Source: Azolla caroliniana (lineage: Eukaryota; Plantae; Polypodiophyta). Taken from it: a DNA stretch of 64,000 nt. The stretch spans positions 13,206,001 to 13,270,000 of the forward strand of contig JBHGNT010000010.1 in assembly GCA_043228905.1 (NCBI GenBank), given 5' to 3'. Positions 51,401 to 62,349 of the stretch are shown one piece after another (position 1 is the first letter of the stretch; every line of letters starts with the position of its first letter). Made by a program: the position numbers and the translations under genes. The notes under the pieces were generated by a model. That model did no database searches. It saw only the letters and a program-made list of their open reading frames with translations, and was not told where the DNA came from.

Positions 51401-54400
51401 TATCTCCGAAGACAGTTGGAGAGTGAGCACATGAATGAAGGTGATCCTATGGACAATTTTCTTACAAAAATCAAAGATTTAAAGGAACAATTAATTTCTG
51501 CTGATGAAATGATATCAGATAGTTCACTTGTGCAGACCGTTCTAAATGGTCTTCCTGATTCATATCAGAGTTTTGCTTCTACTCTTCGTTTAATGATGAA
51601 AGGTAATCCCAATGCCTTATCATTCGAGGAGTTAGTCTCTGTTTTGTTACAGGAAGATCAGTCTAGGCAAAACAGGTCTATTATGTGTGTTGCAGATCAA
51701 GCTTTCCTAGCTAGTCAGAAGGGCAAAGGTAAATGGAACTCATCTGTAAGCAAGCAGAGATTTGCTAATACTTCACAAGTGAATGAGAAAAAACAAGAGT
51801 AGAAACAAAAACTGTTTTGCAAATATTGTAAAGGAACTGATCATATTATAAAGAACTGTCCAAAATTGGCTGCAAAAGAGGCAGGACTCGTTGTTGCAGA
51901 AGTCTCTGCACCGAAAATAGAGTCTGCAAATCTTGTGCATAATGAAGAATGTGCATTTACTATTGTTTGCAGTTTTGACCCATCTTCACTTGAACAATGT
52001 ATGTCTGCTGTAGAATCAGATGTTTGGTACTTCGACAGTGGGGCAACCAAACATATTACCTCGCAACGCAATTTCTTCACTTCATTGGAGCCTGGCCCTA
52101 CAGGGAATACTATCACATGTGCCAACAACTCATCTTATCTAGTTATGGGTGTTGGTAAGATCATTTTGACTACTGCTGATGGTATTCCTTTCATCTTGTT
52201 AGATGCCAGGGATCAAGAAAAATCTGTTATCAGTTTAAGCATTAGCCAAGATTGGCTTGGTTGTTAAATTTGTTGATGACAGGTGTACAGTTCATGATCT
52301 GTCCAATGGGGATGGATGTTATTATTGCTTCTGGCATTTTATGTCATGGGCTGTATAAGCTCGTAGATTATGAAAGATCTCTATAAACGATTCAGCCTGT
52401 GCAATACAAGATTCTCAGGCCATTTCAAATGCAAAGATTTGGCATGCACTCTTTGGCCATCTGAATTTTGCAAGTTTGCTTCACCTGCAGAAATCTGAAA
52501 CGGTGTCCTCCTTGCCCAAACTTGAGGCAGCTCGGAAGCATGTTTGTGAAGGTTGTATTTTGGGCAAAATGCAATGTTCATTCTTTCCAAAAGATGGTTC
52601 AGTTAGAACTACGCAGAAATTGCAGCTTGTTCATAGTGATGTTTGTGGTCCTATGCAGACACATTCTCTTGGGAACTATCTTTACTTCATGACTTTTATT
52701 GATAACTTTCTAGGCATGCATCGGTATATCCATTGAAGTCTAAGTCTGAAGTGTTTTTGTGCTTCAAACAGTTTCTAGCTTTGGCTGAAAATCTGTCAGC
52801 ATGTAAAATGGGCACCCTCAGTTCTGATCGAGGGGGGGAGTATATGTCTTCTGAGTTATATGCATTTCTGGCTGAATGTGGGATAAAACATCAGTGTATA
52901 GTGCCGTATACACCTCAACAGAATGGAGTTGCTGAAAGAAAGAACAGGTCACTCATGGAAATGGCGAGGTGTATGGTCGAAAGTCAAGCTTTACCACATA
53001 GTTTCTGGCTTGAGGCTGTCATGTGTGCAACATATGTACTTAACACGTGTCCCACTAAAGCACTGCACTCTATCACTCCATATGAAGCTTGGCATGGCCA
53101 AAAGCCATCTGTTGCTCATCTGCGTGTTTTTGGTTGTTTGGCATATGCATTAGTGCCTAAACAGCAACACAAAAAATTGGATGATAAAGTAGTGAAGTGT
53201 ATTTTTATAGGATACAGTTCTGAAAGTAAAGGCTATCGTCTGTATCATCCACAATCTAAACGCATTTTGGTTAGCCATGATGTTGTTTTTGTGGAGGATG
53301 CAATTCAGCCACTTCTTTCATGTACTAAGGAGACATCAGTTAGCTCCAGAGATGTGTATGACACTTTGTTGCCTCTTTTTACAAGTGGACAGTTAAGTGT
53401 TGGCCCACTTGAGGCACCTTCTCAGCCTTTGGAAGCTACTCATAATGATGCAGATCATTCTATTTCTGATTGATGCACTTATTAATGAGAGGGCTGATAT
53501 AGAGGAGGCAAAGACTGTGCCTAAATGGCTGTTGCAGACTTTGCAAGACAGCAAATTGGATTTTCCTTTGTCTTACCGTACTTGTTCAGGTTTTCATAGT
53601 GCTTCTTTTGCATCAGATTGTTATGGTATGGCTGCCTCTAGTCTTTGTGATGAGAATGAGCCTGTTTCTTTTGATGAAGCACACAATTCAGAATATGATG
53701 CTATTATGAAGACTGGTAAATGGTCTTTATGTGACTTGCCCCCTGGCAAGAAGGCTATTGGCACTAGTGGGTATATAAGCTGAAGCGTAAACCTGATGGA
53801 ACAGTTGACAGGTATAAGGCTAGGCTTGTTGCGAAAGGTTATGCCCAAGAAAAAGGCATTGATTTTGATGAGACCTTTGCTCCCACCTGCCGTATGACTA
53901 CTGTTCGTAGCATCTGTGCAATTGCAGCTCATTGTGGTTGGAATGTATATCAATTGGACATTAAAACAACATTTCTAGATGGTGATCTTCATAAGGAAGT
54001 GTATGAAACTCAGCCCCGTGGTTTTGTGCAGAAAAGGCATGAACATAAAGTGTGCAGGTTGAGAAAGGCATTGTATGGCTTGAAGCAAGCACCATGTTCT
54101 TGGTATGAAAAGATGCATGCCTATTTGATTGCATTTGGGTTTGAGAATAGTCCAACTGAAAGCACCTTATATGTTAAGTGTGCTGATGATGTATTTCTGA
54201 TCATGGTTGTGTATGTTGATAATATGTTGCTCACTGGTCCCAATGAGAAGCACATGGCTGACTTTAAGGCTGATTTGCATGCCTCTTTTGAGATGTCAGA
54301 TTTGGGGCATTTACATCATTATTTGGGCATTCCATTTATGCAAGTTGATGGTGGAATAGCTTTGTGTCAATCGAAATACATTGACACATTATTGCAGTGT

Positions 54401-57400
54401 TTTGGCCTTGAAGACTGTAAACCTATTGCCACTCCCATGGAGACAGGTTTACGTTTGAGCCTTCATGATGCTGGAGATGCATTTGATGCTGTTCTCTATC
54501 AGCAGGCAGTTGGATTCTAGATCTACTTATGCATAACCCGACCGGATATTCAGTTTGCTGTCTCTCAGATGAGCAGGTTTATGCATTGCCTAGGAGTAAA
54601 GCATTGGCAGGCAGTTAAGCGCATCTTCGCTATTTGAGTGGTACCCGGCCACTGTCCTAGACCTACATGCTTTTTCCGACTCTTATTGGGCTGGTTGTTA
54701 TGACACTCCTGTGTCCACAAGTGGTTTTTGCTTCATGCTTGGTAGCTCATGCATATCTTGGTTGAGCAAGAAGCAGCCTACTGTGGCCACTTCCAGTTGT
54801 GGGGCTGAGTATAGGGCAGCTTTCACAGCTACAGTTGAGTGTGTGTGGCTCAACGCCTTTTAGCTGATTTGGGTGTTGGTCAGTCTTCTGCCACCACCAT
54901 CTTCACAGACAGTCAAAGCACAATGGTAGTTGCGAGGAACCCTGTGTTCCATGCTCACACTAAGCACATTGAGGTGCATTATCACTATGTCAGGGAAAGG
55001 TTCTCCGCTGGAGAGATCAGTTTGGCTTATGTGCCCACACAAGAGAACATTGCAGACCTCTTCACAAAGGCTCTGCCTAGGGAGAAGTTTGAAGCTTTCC
55101 GCAAAGCTTTAGGCCTACTTCCATTTGTGGATTGATCTCTATCCACATAGCTTGGCACGTGCTTAGCCATGAGTGCTAGCTCCTTGTTCACCACATCACT
55201 CTCAAGGGGGATTTGTTGACATATTTCGGTAGTGATGTGTGTGAACACACTTAGGACAACTGGGGCATTTTTTCCCTCTTTAGGAGGTTTTTTCCCCTTG
55301 TCTATAAATACTCTCATAACCCTAAAGTGGGTAAGTTTTTGTGATTCAAAACAAGAACCCAACAAAAGTTGATCGGCTTGTAACCGATCCAGGCTGTGAC
55401 TGATTCGGCCGAATCGGATTCATCCGGTTTGGGCTACATTTGTAAATAGCCTATACTTGTGTATTAGTATAAATACACCTAGGCCTAACATATTTTTGTG
55501 ATGCATAGAGAGCTCAAGGTTGTTGCCTAGAGTCTCTGGTGTATTTCTCTTTTTACATAGTTATTCTGTTTGGAGTCTGTGGCCGGGCCCATATTCTCAA
55601 CAAAAACCTGGATGCATGCACATCTATACATATGCATATTTATCCAGATGTGGGTTTTGATTGATTTATAACGATGACTGTCTACCATCAGGTCGCACAA
55701 AGAAAAACGCTCCTCTTATGCCCCTGAGACTGGTGTAAGATATGACGGGATTTATCGTATTGAAAAGTGTTGGCGGAAAAAGGGCATTCAGGTAAATTAA
55801 TATATCATCCTCGAGCTCATTTCTTTCTCCCATTGTGGTCTTGTGGTTTTGGGATTTAATACTGTTAGCATTCAATTGGTTTTTGGCAAGTTTCTCTAAG
55901 ACTAAATTCTGGTGATTTGTCTCATTAAATTTAATGACACAAAATCTTTTGCACAGGGTTTTAAAGTATGTCGCTACTTGTTTGTGAGGTGTGATAATGA
56001 ACCAGCTCCTTGGACAAGGTATGACAGCTTTGTCTTATAGTAGCCTTGATAATTTTCCAACATGTCATGTTGGTGATCCTGCAAACAAAAAACTGTGGAT
56101 AACAAATCCAGCAATTTCTTACTGTGGGTATGACTTGATTTGTCAGTGATCAGATAGGGGACAGGTGTCGCCCTCTACCAGAAATAAGTGAGCTCAAGGA
56201 TGCAGTTGATTTAACAGGAAGAAATGGACAACCTGCATGGGATTGGAAGGTATGCCCGCCATGAGATCGCTTTCCTTCCTGTCTATGAGATTGAATGTGT
56301 GATTAATGCATGCTTCATTTTATCTCTCTACTTGTGCTGGATTTTTCCCTCTCACAATGAATATGAACCAGTCAATCTTAAGGATCTAGGCGCTCATTCT
56401 TGAGTCTTCCTAATTTTCATTCACATATCTTCTTTGCAGGCTAATAAATCTGAAATTGTGTTTTATCAACAAAAACCTTGTTGTGGTTCTAACATATTGT
56501 TTCTCTTTTTATAGGAAGAAGGAGTTTGGGGTTGGGTTACTACACCGCCTACTAGCAGGAAGAGTGATGATAGCACTCAAGGGCCAAAAGGTGGATCACG
56601 GAAATCTTTAACTATGGGTCAGCGACTGCTCAAAGGTATGAATTTGTGATGGGTATATGATGTAAATTTATACTTAGGTGATATATTTGCTGTCCACATA
56701 TATGTTGTACTAATCAGCACAGAAATGGTACATAATTCATACATGTACTAATCAGCACCGAAATGTCTCGAAATAGGATGTGGATTGACAATGCAATCAG
56801 TAATATTCATAGATTGAGCCATGCGTGATATTCTTGAGATTCGACATCCGTAATATTCGTGGTATTCGAGAATAGAAAATGGCCCTAAGAATATTATAAA
56901 ACCATTCGTTTACATATACATATACACACATACATACATACACATACATATATACACACATACACAAACATATATATACATATACACACACATACATAGA
57001 TACATATATACACATACATAGATACATATACACACACATACATAGATACATATACACACACATACATAGATACATATATACACATACATAGATACATATA
57101 CACACACATACATAGATACATATACACACACATAAATATATGTGTACACAGACATACATCAATAATTAATTAACTCATTAATATAATGATTAATTTACTA
57201 TTAACTAATTAATTCACTTAAACATTAATTGATTCACTAATACATTAATTAATTTACAAATACATATCTTAATTCATTAACACATTAATTAATTCATTGG
57301 AAAATATTAGTTAATTAATTAATAATCAATTAATGCATTAATAATTAATTAATTAGGGCTTTGGCAAAACTTAGGGTTTCAGTGAAACTCTGAATTTGTA

Positions 57401-59683
57401 GCGGACAACAGGATGTAGGATTAGGTAGAGCATGAGAGGGAGTCGATGACGCAGGCCGAAAAGAAGAAATTTTGTCGAAATTAGGATTATGACAGAAATT
57501 AGGGTTTTCTGTCGAAACCCTAATTTCTGGCCGAGAACAGGATATAGAGGGAAGCGAGGGTGTAAGTAGCACGCAGAGGGAGTAGGGTGAGGCGTCTTTG
57601 CTTCCTGTTGGCCACTGTTCACTCGCTCGTAAATAAAACACAATTTTTTTAATTTTTTTAATTTTTTAATTTTTTAATTTTCAAAAAAAAGAAGAAAACG
57701 AATATATTTACGTGTATTCGTATTCCTATTCGTATGGATTCGTGGGGCAGGCCCCACGAATGCGAATATTTCAATCTATGGTAATATTCATATATGTATA
57801 TTTAGGTCCTGTCACAATTCATGCAGCGAGCTTAAGATCATATTTTTGTTTTTGATGAGGACTTGGTCATTCGGCTTTCTTCATTCATTAACATTTTCTC
57901 TGAACTCCTTTATGGAGGTGTTTGTACATAGTCAGACTCTTTACGACTTCAAAGAGCAAGCCATTTCTAGGTTTCTTTTGATGTCTTTTGGTCTTTAGGA
58001 ATTTTCTGTTATTTATCACCTAGTGCTTTGCTTATAATTTTGCATTGTACATACTAGCCTAACTTCTATTGAAAATGAAAAGATTCATGTAAGGGAGAGT
58101 TTGGTGACCCCGAACAGGAATGATGGTTGTCCTGGGCTTCATATAGTGTTTTGTCAACACAAGATGGGATTTTCTATTCAAATATTAAGGACATTGAAGG
58201 TGAAAATTGATCAAAAGATGGGAATTTGAAGGCAATTCCCAGATTCTACTCATATTGGTTGGATTCGAGCCTCAGTGAAGCTCCCTGGGGCATTTGAGCC
58301 CTATGTGGGTACATGGGATTGAATGTCTATGACAGGGTCATTTAACATAAAGCCCCCCCAGCTCTAAGAGCCCTAAAAAGTAAAAAACACAGTATCCTGC
58401 ATTCATAAATCACAGGAAGAGTAGTGTGTTGAGTTTTTTTTCTGATGAACCCTGGGCTATAAAATACCCAGAGCTACGAGTATAGTAAACAAAACAGGTG
58501 TTATCTGCTTTAATCAATATTTTCCTGCCCTTTTATGGTGATGTTCTCGAACTTTATCAGTCCCTCTTTTGGCTTACTTCCAGCTCTGTGGATAGAATTT
58601 CAGACCCATGCAGTGCCTTTGTTCTCTAAAAATAAAGTATCCTTTATGGAAAGAGAGAAAATGAGAGAAAGAAAAATGGTTGGTTTGCTGTTTACACAGA
58701 ATTTGGTTGTGGGTTGTGTAAGAAGGTGCTGAGATTGCCACTTTCAACACCGTGTGGACACAATTTTTGCAAATCTTGTCTGGTGGCCTTGTTCTCTGGT
58801 CAAAAGGATATTCGTGAGCGCATGGGTGTGGGTGGACGATCGTTGCGTGCACAAAAAGTTTTGAAGCGATGTCCTGCATGTCAAGGAGACATTAGCGACT
58901 TTTTAACCAATCCACAGGTTTGACTCGGAGACTTCTGTATATTGGTTTCTCTACTTTAGAGAAAGGTTATATAAATGTTAGTGATGATTGCAACAGGTGA
59001 ATCGGCAGATGGAAGATGTCATCCAGTCACTAAAGGAGGACGAGTCCGATATCGAAAACAATGGAAGTTGCAAGGAAGAGGAAATTGTCTTGTTGCCACC
59101 TGATAAAGAGGAGATTGATACAAATGTTGGCAATGACGATGCATCTGTGAATGGCAATGGATCTGCATTGTCGTCTGAATCTGGAAAAGTGTCTTATGGA
59201 GCTCTAGAGAACTGCATAGCAAGTACCAAAGTGAAGAAAGATACTGCCAAAGAAGAATTCTTGAACATTTGTGCAAGGTTTCCAATGTATTCGGAAGAGC
59301 TACTATGCAGCATGCTGGTAAAAATCAAAGCTCACACACTTTTCCATGCCATGCATGAAGGCTGCTACTACTATTGAGTTGGGACTCACCGTGTTGATAT
59401 TTGTTTTATGAAGGCTGATCAAGAAGGTGATGTTGGTGAACTTGGGTACATGCTAAAAGCTTTGGAGAAACAAGAGAAGAAGAGAAAAATAAAGCACAGT
59501 GTGGGTGCAAAACATCTGCAATCAAAGCATGGGTACACTGATGATGCATTGGAAGAGGAAAGAAGTGGAGAAGTAGAAGATGAAGAAAAAGATGGAATAC
59601 GGAAATCAATGGGGATGAGAAAACCAAGACAGGACCTGGACGATTCTGGGAAGCAAGCTAAGAGGAAGAAAGAGAAATTGTAA
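38542..59683 (+). CDS. ORTH2: ORTHRUS/VIM-family (UHRF1-like) E3 ubiquitin ligase and methyl-DNA reader, 10 exons, 786 aa
   Basis: Exons: 38542-39048, 39844-40376, 40467-40592, 55692-55791, 55957-56018, 56147-56249, 56515-56635, 58700-58917, 58997-59317, 59414-59683. All introns are GT..AG with consistent phases, giving 2361 nt open. Domains PHD, RING, SRA/YDG and RING match the Arabidopsis VIM/ORTH architecture. The exact orthologue is not established. Confidence 0.93.
39383..39415. repeat. (TG)n microsatellite in intron 1
   Basis: Pure TG dinucleotide run preceded by (TA)n. Confidence 0.9.
39844..40376 (+). CDS. ORTH2: ORTHRUS exon 2 (RING1, start of SRA)
   Basis: CAG acceptor, then [54 protein letters not shown], then donor AG|GTAA. 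Confidence 0.95.
40467..40592 (+). CDS. ORTH2: ORTHRUS exon 3 (SRA, NKR finger)
   Basis: [20 protein letters not shown], bounded by AG and GT. Confidence 0.93.
40813..43585 (-). mobile_element. 5'-truncated Ty1/copia element E in intron 3
   Basis: 3' LTR ends at 41105 (outer edge ~40813 is uncertain), with PPT AAATGGGAGGT. RH is ORF 41372..41761, RT LYVDD is ORF 41979..42425, integrase C-terminal part is ORF 42522..43352. Confidence 0.85.
43586..43933 (+). mobile_element. Copia RT fragment related to D
   Basis: [32 protein letters not shown], nearly the same peptide as in ORF 34252..34875. Confidence 0.8.
43934..44861 (-). mobile_element. Copia 3' end (RNase H + PPT + 637-bp LTR)
   Basis: LTR 43934-44570 is bounded by TGTTAGA/TCTAACA, with the PPT at 44571-44580. 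RH peptide [23 protein letters not shown]. Confidence 0.85.
44862..50196 (+). mobile_element. Ty1/copia element F in intron 3 (sense to host gene)
   Basis: Very similar LTRs at 44862-45329 and 49732-50196. PBS TGGTATCAGAGC at 45330-45341 and PPT GAGAGGAGG. Gag-PR is ORF 45596..46837 ([14 protein letters not shown]), INT is ORF 46824..47792, RT/RH runs to 49694 with frameshifts. No TSD (ACCGC vs GCCAG). Confidence 0.93.
50361..55364 (+). mobile_element. Ty1/copia element G with short LTRs in intron 3
   Basis: LTRs at 50361-50614 and 55214-55364. TSD GAAGT/AAAGT (4/5 match). PBS TGGTATCAGAG at 50616 and PPT AAGGGGGA. Gag is ORF 50996, [13 protein letters not shown] is ORF 52733, RT is ORF 53894, RH is ORF 54839. 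Confidence 0.92.
50377..50506 (+). repeat. Five tandem 25-27-bp repeats in the 5' LTR of G
   Basis: Unit is approximately YAGTGMTGTGTG(TG)AACACACTTAGGA. The 3' LTR has a single unit. Confidence 0.9.
55692..55791 (+). CDS. ORTH2: ORTHRUS exon 4 (SRA, YDG motif)
   Basis: [34 protein letters not shown]. Its phase matches exon 3 across the 15,099-bp intron. Confidence 0.95.
55957..56018 (+). CDS. ORTH2: ORTHRUS exon 5
   Basis: [20 protein letters not shown], bounded by CAG and GT. Confidence 0.93.
56147..56249 (+). CDS. ORTH2: ORTHRUS exon 6
   Basis: [35 protein letters not shown], bounded by CAG and GT. Confidence 0.9.
56515..56635 (+). CDS. ORTH2: ORTHRUS exon 7
   Basis: [21 protein letters not shown], bounded by TAG and GT, ending in phase 1. 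Confidence 0.9.
56808..57780. mobile_element. Non-autonomous hAT-type DNA transposon in intron 7
   Basis: 10-bp TIR CATAGATTGA/TCAATCTATG. Perfect 8-bp TSD GTAATATT at 56800-56807 and 57781-57788. Subterminal TATTCG/CGAATA repeats and no coding capacity. Confidence 0.88.
56910..57160. repeat. Compound (CATA/CA/TA)n simple repeat
   Basis: Reiterated TACATATATACACACATACATAGA-like units, followed by an AT-rich (TAAT)n tract to ~57355. Confidence 0.9.
58700..58917 (+). CDS. ORTH2: ORTHRUS exon 8 (RING2)
   Basis: [43 protein letters not shown]. Confidence 0.95.
58997..59317 (+). CDS. ORTH2: ORTHRUS exon 9 (acidic linker, start of CUE-like region)
   Basis: [13 protein letters not shown]...[15 protein letters not shown], bounded by CAG and GTAA, phase 0. 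Confidence 0.85.
59414..59683 (+). CDS. ORTH2: ORTHRUS exon 10 (C-terminus with basic NLS-like tail)
   Basis: AAG acceptor after a T-rich tract, then [27 protein letters not shown] and stop TAA. Confidence 0.78.
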   Translation, partial: ADQEGDVGELGYMLKALEKQEKKRKIKHSVGAKHLQSKHGYTDDALEEERSGEVEDEEKDGIRKSMGMRKPRQDLDDSGKQAKRKKEKL

Positions 59684-60739
59684 TACGGCTCACATAGGTC
59701 TCTTCCTCTGCTTTATGATGTGTATCTTCATTCTAGTAGATGAGGAAAAGCTCAATTTTGTAATCATCGAGAAATTCTCTGAAATTTCTCTCAACATTTA
59801 AATAATATAATGTATATGTATATGTATATGTATATAGCGAGCATTTGCTTTCCCATTTATTCTTGTTGTCAAGTGCATGCAAAAAGAGGGCACGACTATT
59901 TTTGTCTCACAAAGGATGTCCTGAAAGCTAGCCATATATATATATTATATATAATGAGCAAGCAAGCAAGTGTCATTTTCAGGGGGGGCATTAGAGAAAT
60001 CAAGGACCAAGCGATCATTAATTGATGGAATTATGAGGGCACATAAAGAGGCCTATGACAACCAAGGCGATGTGGATGTGTCCTTGATCGTAGACCTAAC
60101 ACATCAAAACTTTAGGATATCCCCCTTACCATCTTTCTTTCAATCTCTCACCTTATGAAAAGGAGTTTACTTTTGTAAACTTCATGGATTCATGATTTAA
60201 ATCTTCCTTTGGGCTCAGTGTAATTGAGAATTGTAATTGCTTTATCATTCTAACCTGTATTCATCTAGAAAAAAATAAAATAATTGTTAATCTTGTATTT
60301 AGTGCAATTAGATTGAATGAGGATCACTAAAAATTCCACCACGAGAAACGAAACTACACTAATAATTATGTCTAATTGGTAGAGGCGGGTGTCTATATTG
60401 CATTGATAAGTGATCAATGTTTTACAAAAGAGTAGGCCATGTGAGGGTTATGACAAAATTTTCTGTACAAAATTGTTGACTGATAGGACGAATCCATGTA
60501 TTTGGATTTTAGAAATTAGGCACCCTTCCGATTGGGCCATGCTTGAAATTGAAATCAAGGTGATGAGGTTGCCAACTTCATGGAAAACATTCCAGAAGTT
60601 TTCACTTCATGGCAAAGTGTCCAGGAAATCTTGAAATGTTTGTCCAAGTCTTCATGGAAATGAATTCTATGAAGATCCAAGTCATTGTGGAAATTTACAA
60701 AAAGGTTTTCCTAGTTGAAATTTCCACAACGAGGACAAA

Positions 60740-61874
60740 GGCCCAGTCAGCTCCTTTGCTCCTGTGACTCTAGCGCTTCTCAACCCGTCCGCTCCTCCAT
60801 GTCAGTGTCAACTTCCGCTGCCTTCTAGTTCGCTTGGCCTTCATGTGATGCGGCTCCTCCAAATCAAACTATTCAACCAGATCGGCTCTTGTCTGAATTG
60901 GCTGTCTCCAATCCGTCTTCATTCTTCAGACCCTTCACCACATCAGACCATGTACGAGTCTTGGCCTTCATTTTTCGGTCGGCTCTGTCCTTGAATCTAG
61001 CGCCATTGCCGCTTCTTCCGACTTCATCGGATGTGTTGACTTCTTCGGTCGACTTGGTTCCCTTTTTCTCCTTCTCTCTGGCTATGCCTTTACCTGTTCT
61101 CCCGGTTCGTGTTCTGGTTTTCCCCCTCAAATGCGGCATGTCGAGATGTTGTAGCCCAAGGATCTCTGAAAAGTGCTGCAACTTGTCCGATCTGAGTGCC
61201 TTGGTGAAGATGTTGGCAACCTGCACATATCAGAGTTTGACTTCACCGCTCAGGACCTGCTCGCGCACGAAGTGATAATGCACTTCAATGTGCTTTGTGC
61301 GAGCATGGAACATAGGATTCCTGGCGAGCTGCATGCTACTTATGTTGTCGCAGTAGATTGGGATTGGAGTCGGCACTTTGATTCGGAGGTCCTGCAGTAG
61401 CCGTTGAAGCCAAATGGCTTCACATGCGGGGACGGTAACTCCGCGATACTCAGCGTCAGTGCTTGACAGAGCCACTGTCGGTTGCTTCTTGGTGCTCCAT
61501 GAAATAGTTCACAGAAGACGATCCGATGCATCACCGGCCCAATCTTCATAAGTATAACCGACTAATTGTTCCGTTATTTTGTGTCGATACAACAGTCCCC
61601 GATCCTTAGTGCCACTCACATGCCACAGTAGTCGATGCGCGCATTGAAGGTGCTTGATGGTCGGTTGCTGCATGAATTGGTTGATCACTCTGACCAGATA
61701 ACTAATGTCGGGTCAGGTGATAGTTAGGTATATGAGGCTTTCGACTATCTGTTGGAACCGTTTCTCGTTGTAGGCCGTTCCGGAGTCGGGACATAACTTT
61801 AGTTTCCGATCAAGGGGTGTCGAGACCGGTCGACAATCGGTCATACCAAACTTGAACAACATATTCAACACATT
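60740..61874 (-). mobile_element. Copia RT-RNase H-tail fragment (family A/C-like)
   Basis: [29 protein letters not shown] and a C-terminal tail homologous to 33060-33280. Confidence 0.85.
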
Positions 61875-62339
61875 TGTTGCTGATGTTAGCCGGTCGGCTA
61901 CCCAATGTCGGAAGGTCGGAGTCAGACAAGTGTGAAAGAGAGTCGAAGTCGGAGTCCGAGTTAGCAATGATCGAAGTCGACAATGTGAACAAGAGTTGGA
62001 AGTCGGAAGAGCAAGGACAAAATTAAAATAGAATTAATATAATTTCGTCAAGTAAAAATTTATAGTAAGTTAGTTAGAATTGTTTTGTTGTAGTTCTTGT
62101 CGAAGAAGGCAAGTGTAATCACCTATAAAAAGGGTCCGAGAGCATTGTAATGTCATCGTTCTATTTTGAGTAATATAAGTTAGTAGTTTAGTATATCTGT
62201 TGTGTCGACTACATTGTGTTGCATCTTCTAACTGTTTCTGTGTCGAACATTCGAATACAGTATATGCTACCTAATTATATTATAACGAGCAGTTGATCAT
62301 CAATGCATGTTAACTATAATAACTATTCTTTCTATATCA
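61875..62339 (+). mobile_element. Probable LTR
   Basis: Runs TGTTGC...TATATCA with GTCGGA/GTCGAA repeats and TATAAAA at ~62124. It interrupts copia pol sequence. No TSD seen. Confidence 0.55.
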
Positions 62340-62349
62340 GTCTTTGAGT

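Larger units (their letters stand above)
50197..55602 (+). mobile_element. Truncated LTR H (50197-50360 + 55365-55602) split by element G
   Basis: CCGG/GATC-rich U3-like sequence, TATAAATA at ~55468 and a ...TCTCAACA end at 55602. It is continuous across the TSD of G. Confidence 0.55.

Noticed and set aside
56797-57162. ORFs rich in MCVY/YVC repeats
   Set aside because: These are translations of a CA/TA/CATA microsatellite inside a non-autonomous transposon.
59318-59377. Alternative C-terminus [19 protein letters not shown]
   Set aside because: Most likely intron 9 read-through: it starts GTAAAA and an in-phase coding exon follows. Intron retention cannot be excluded without RNA data.
59810-60740. 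Short ORFs and repeated CTTCATGG words downstream of the gene
   Set aside because: No domain, splice structure or element termini could be supported; left unannotated.
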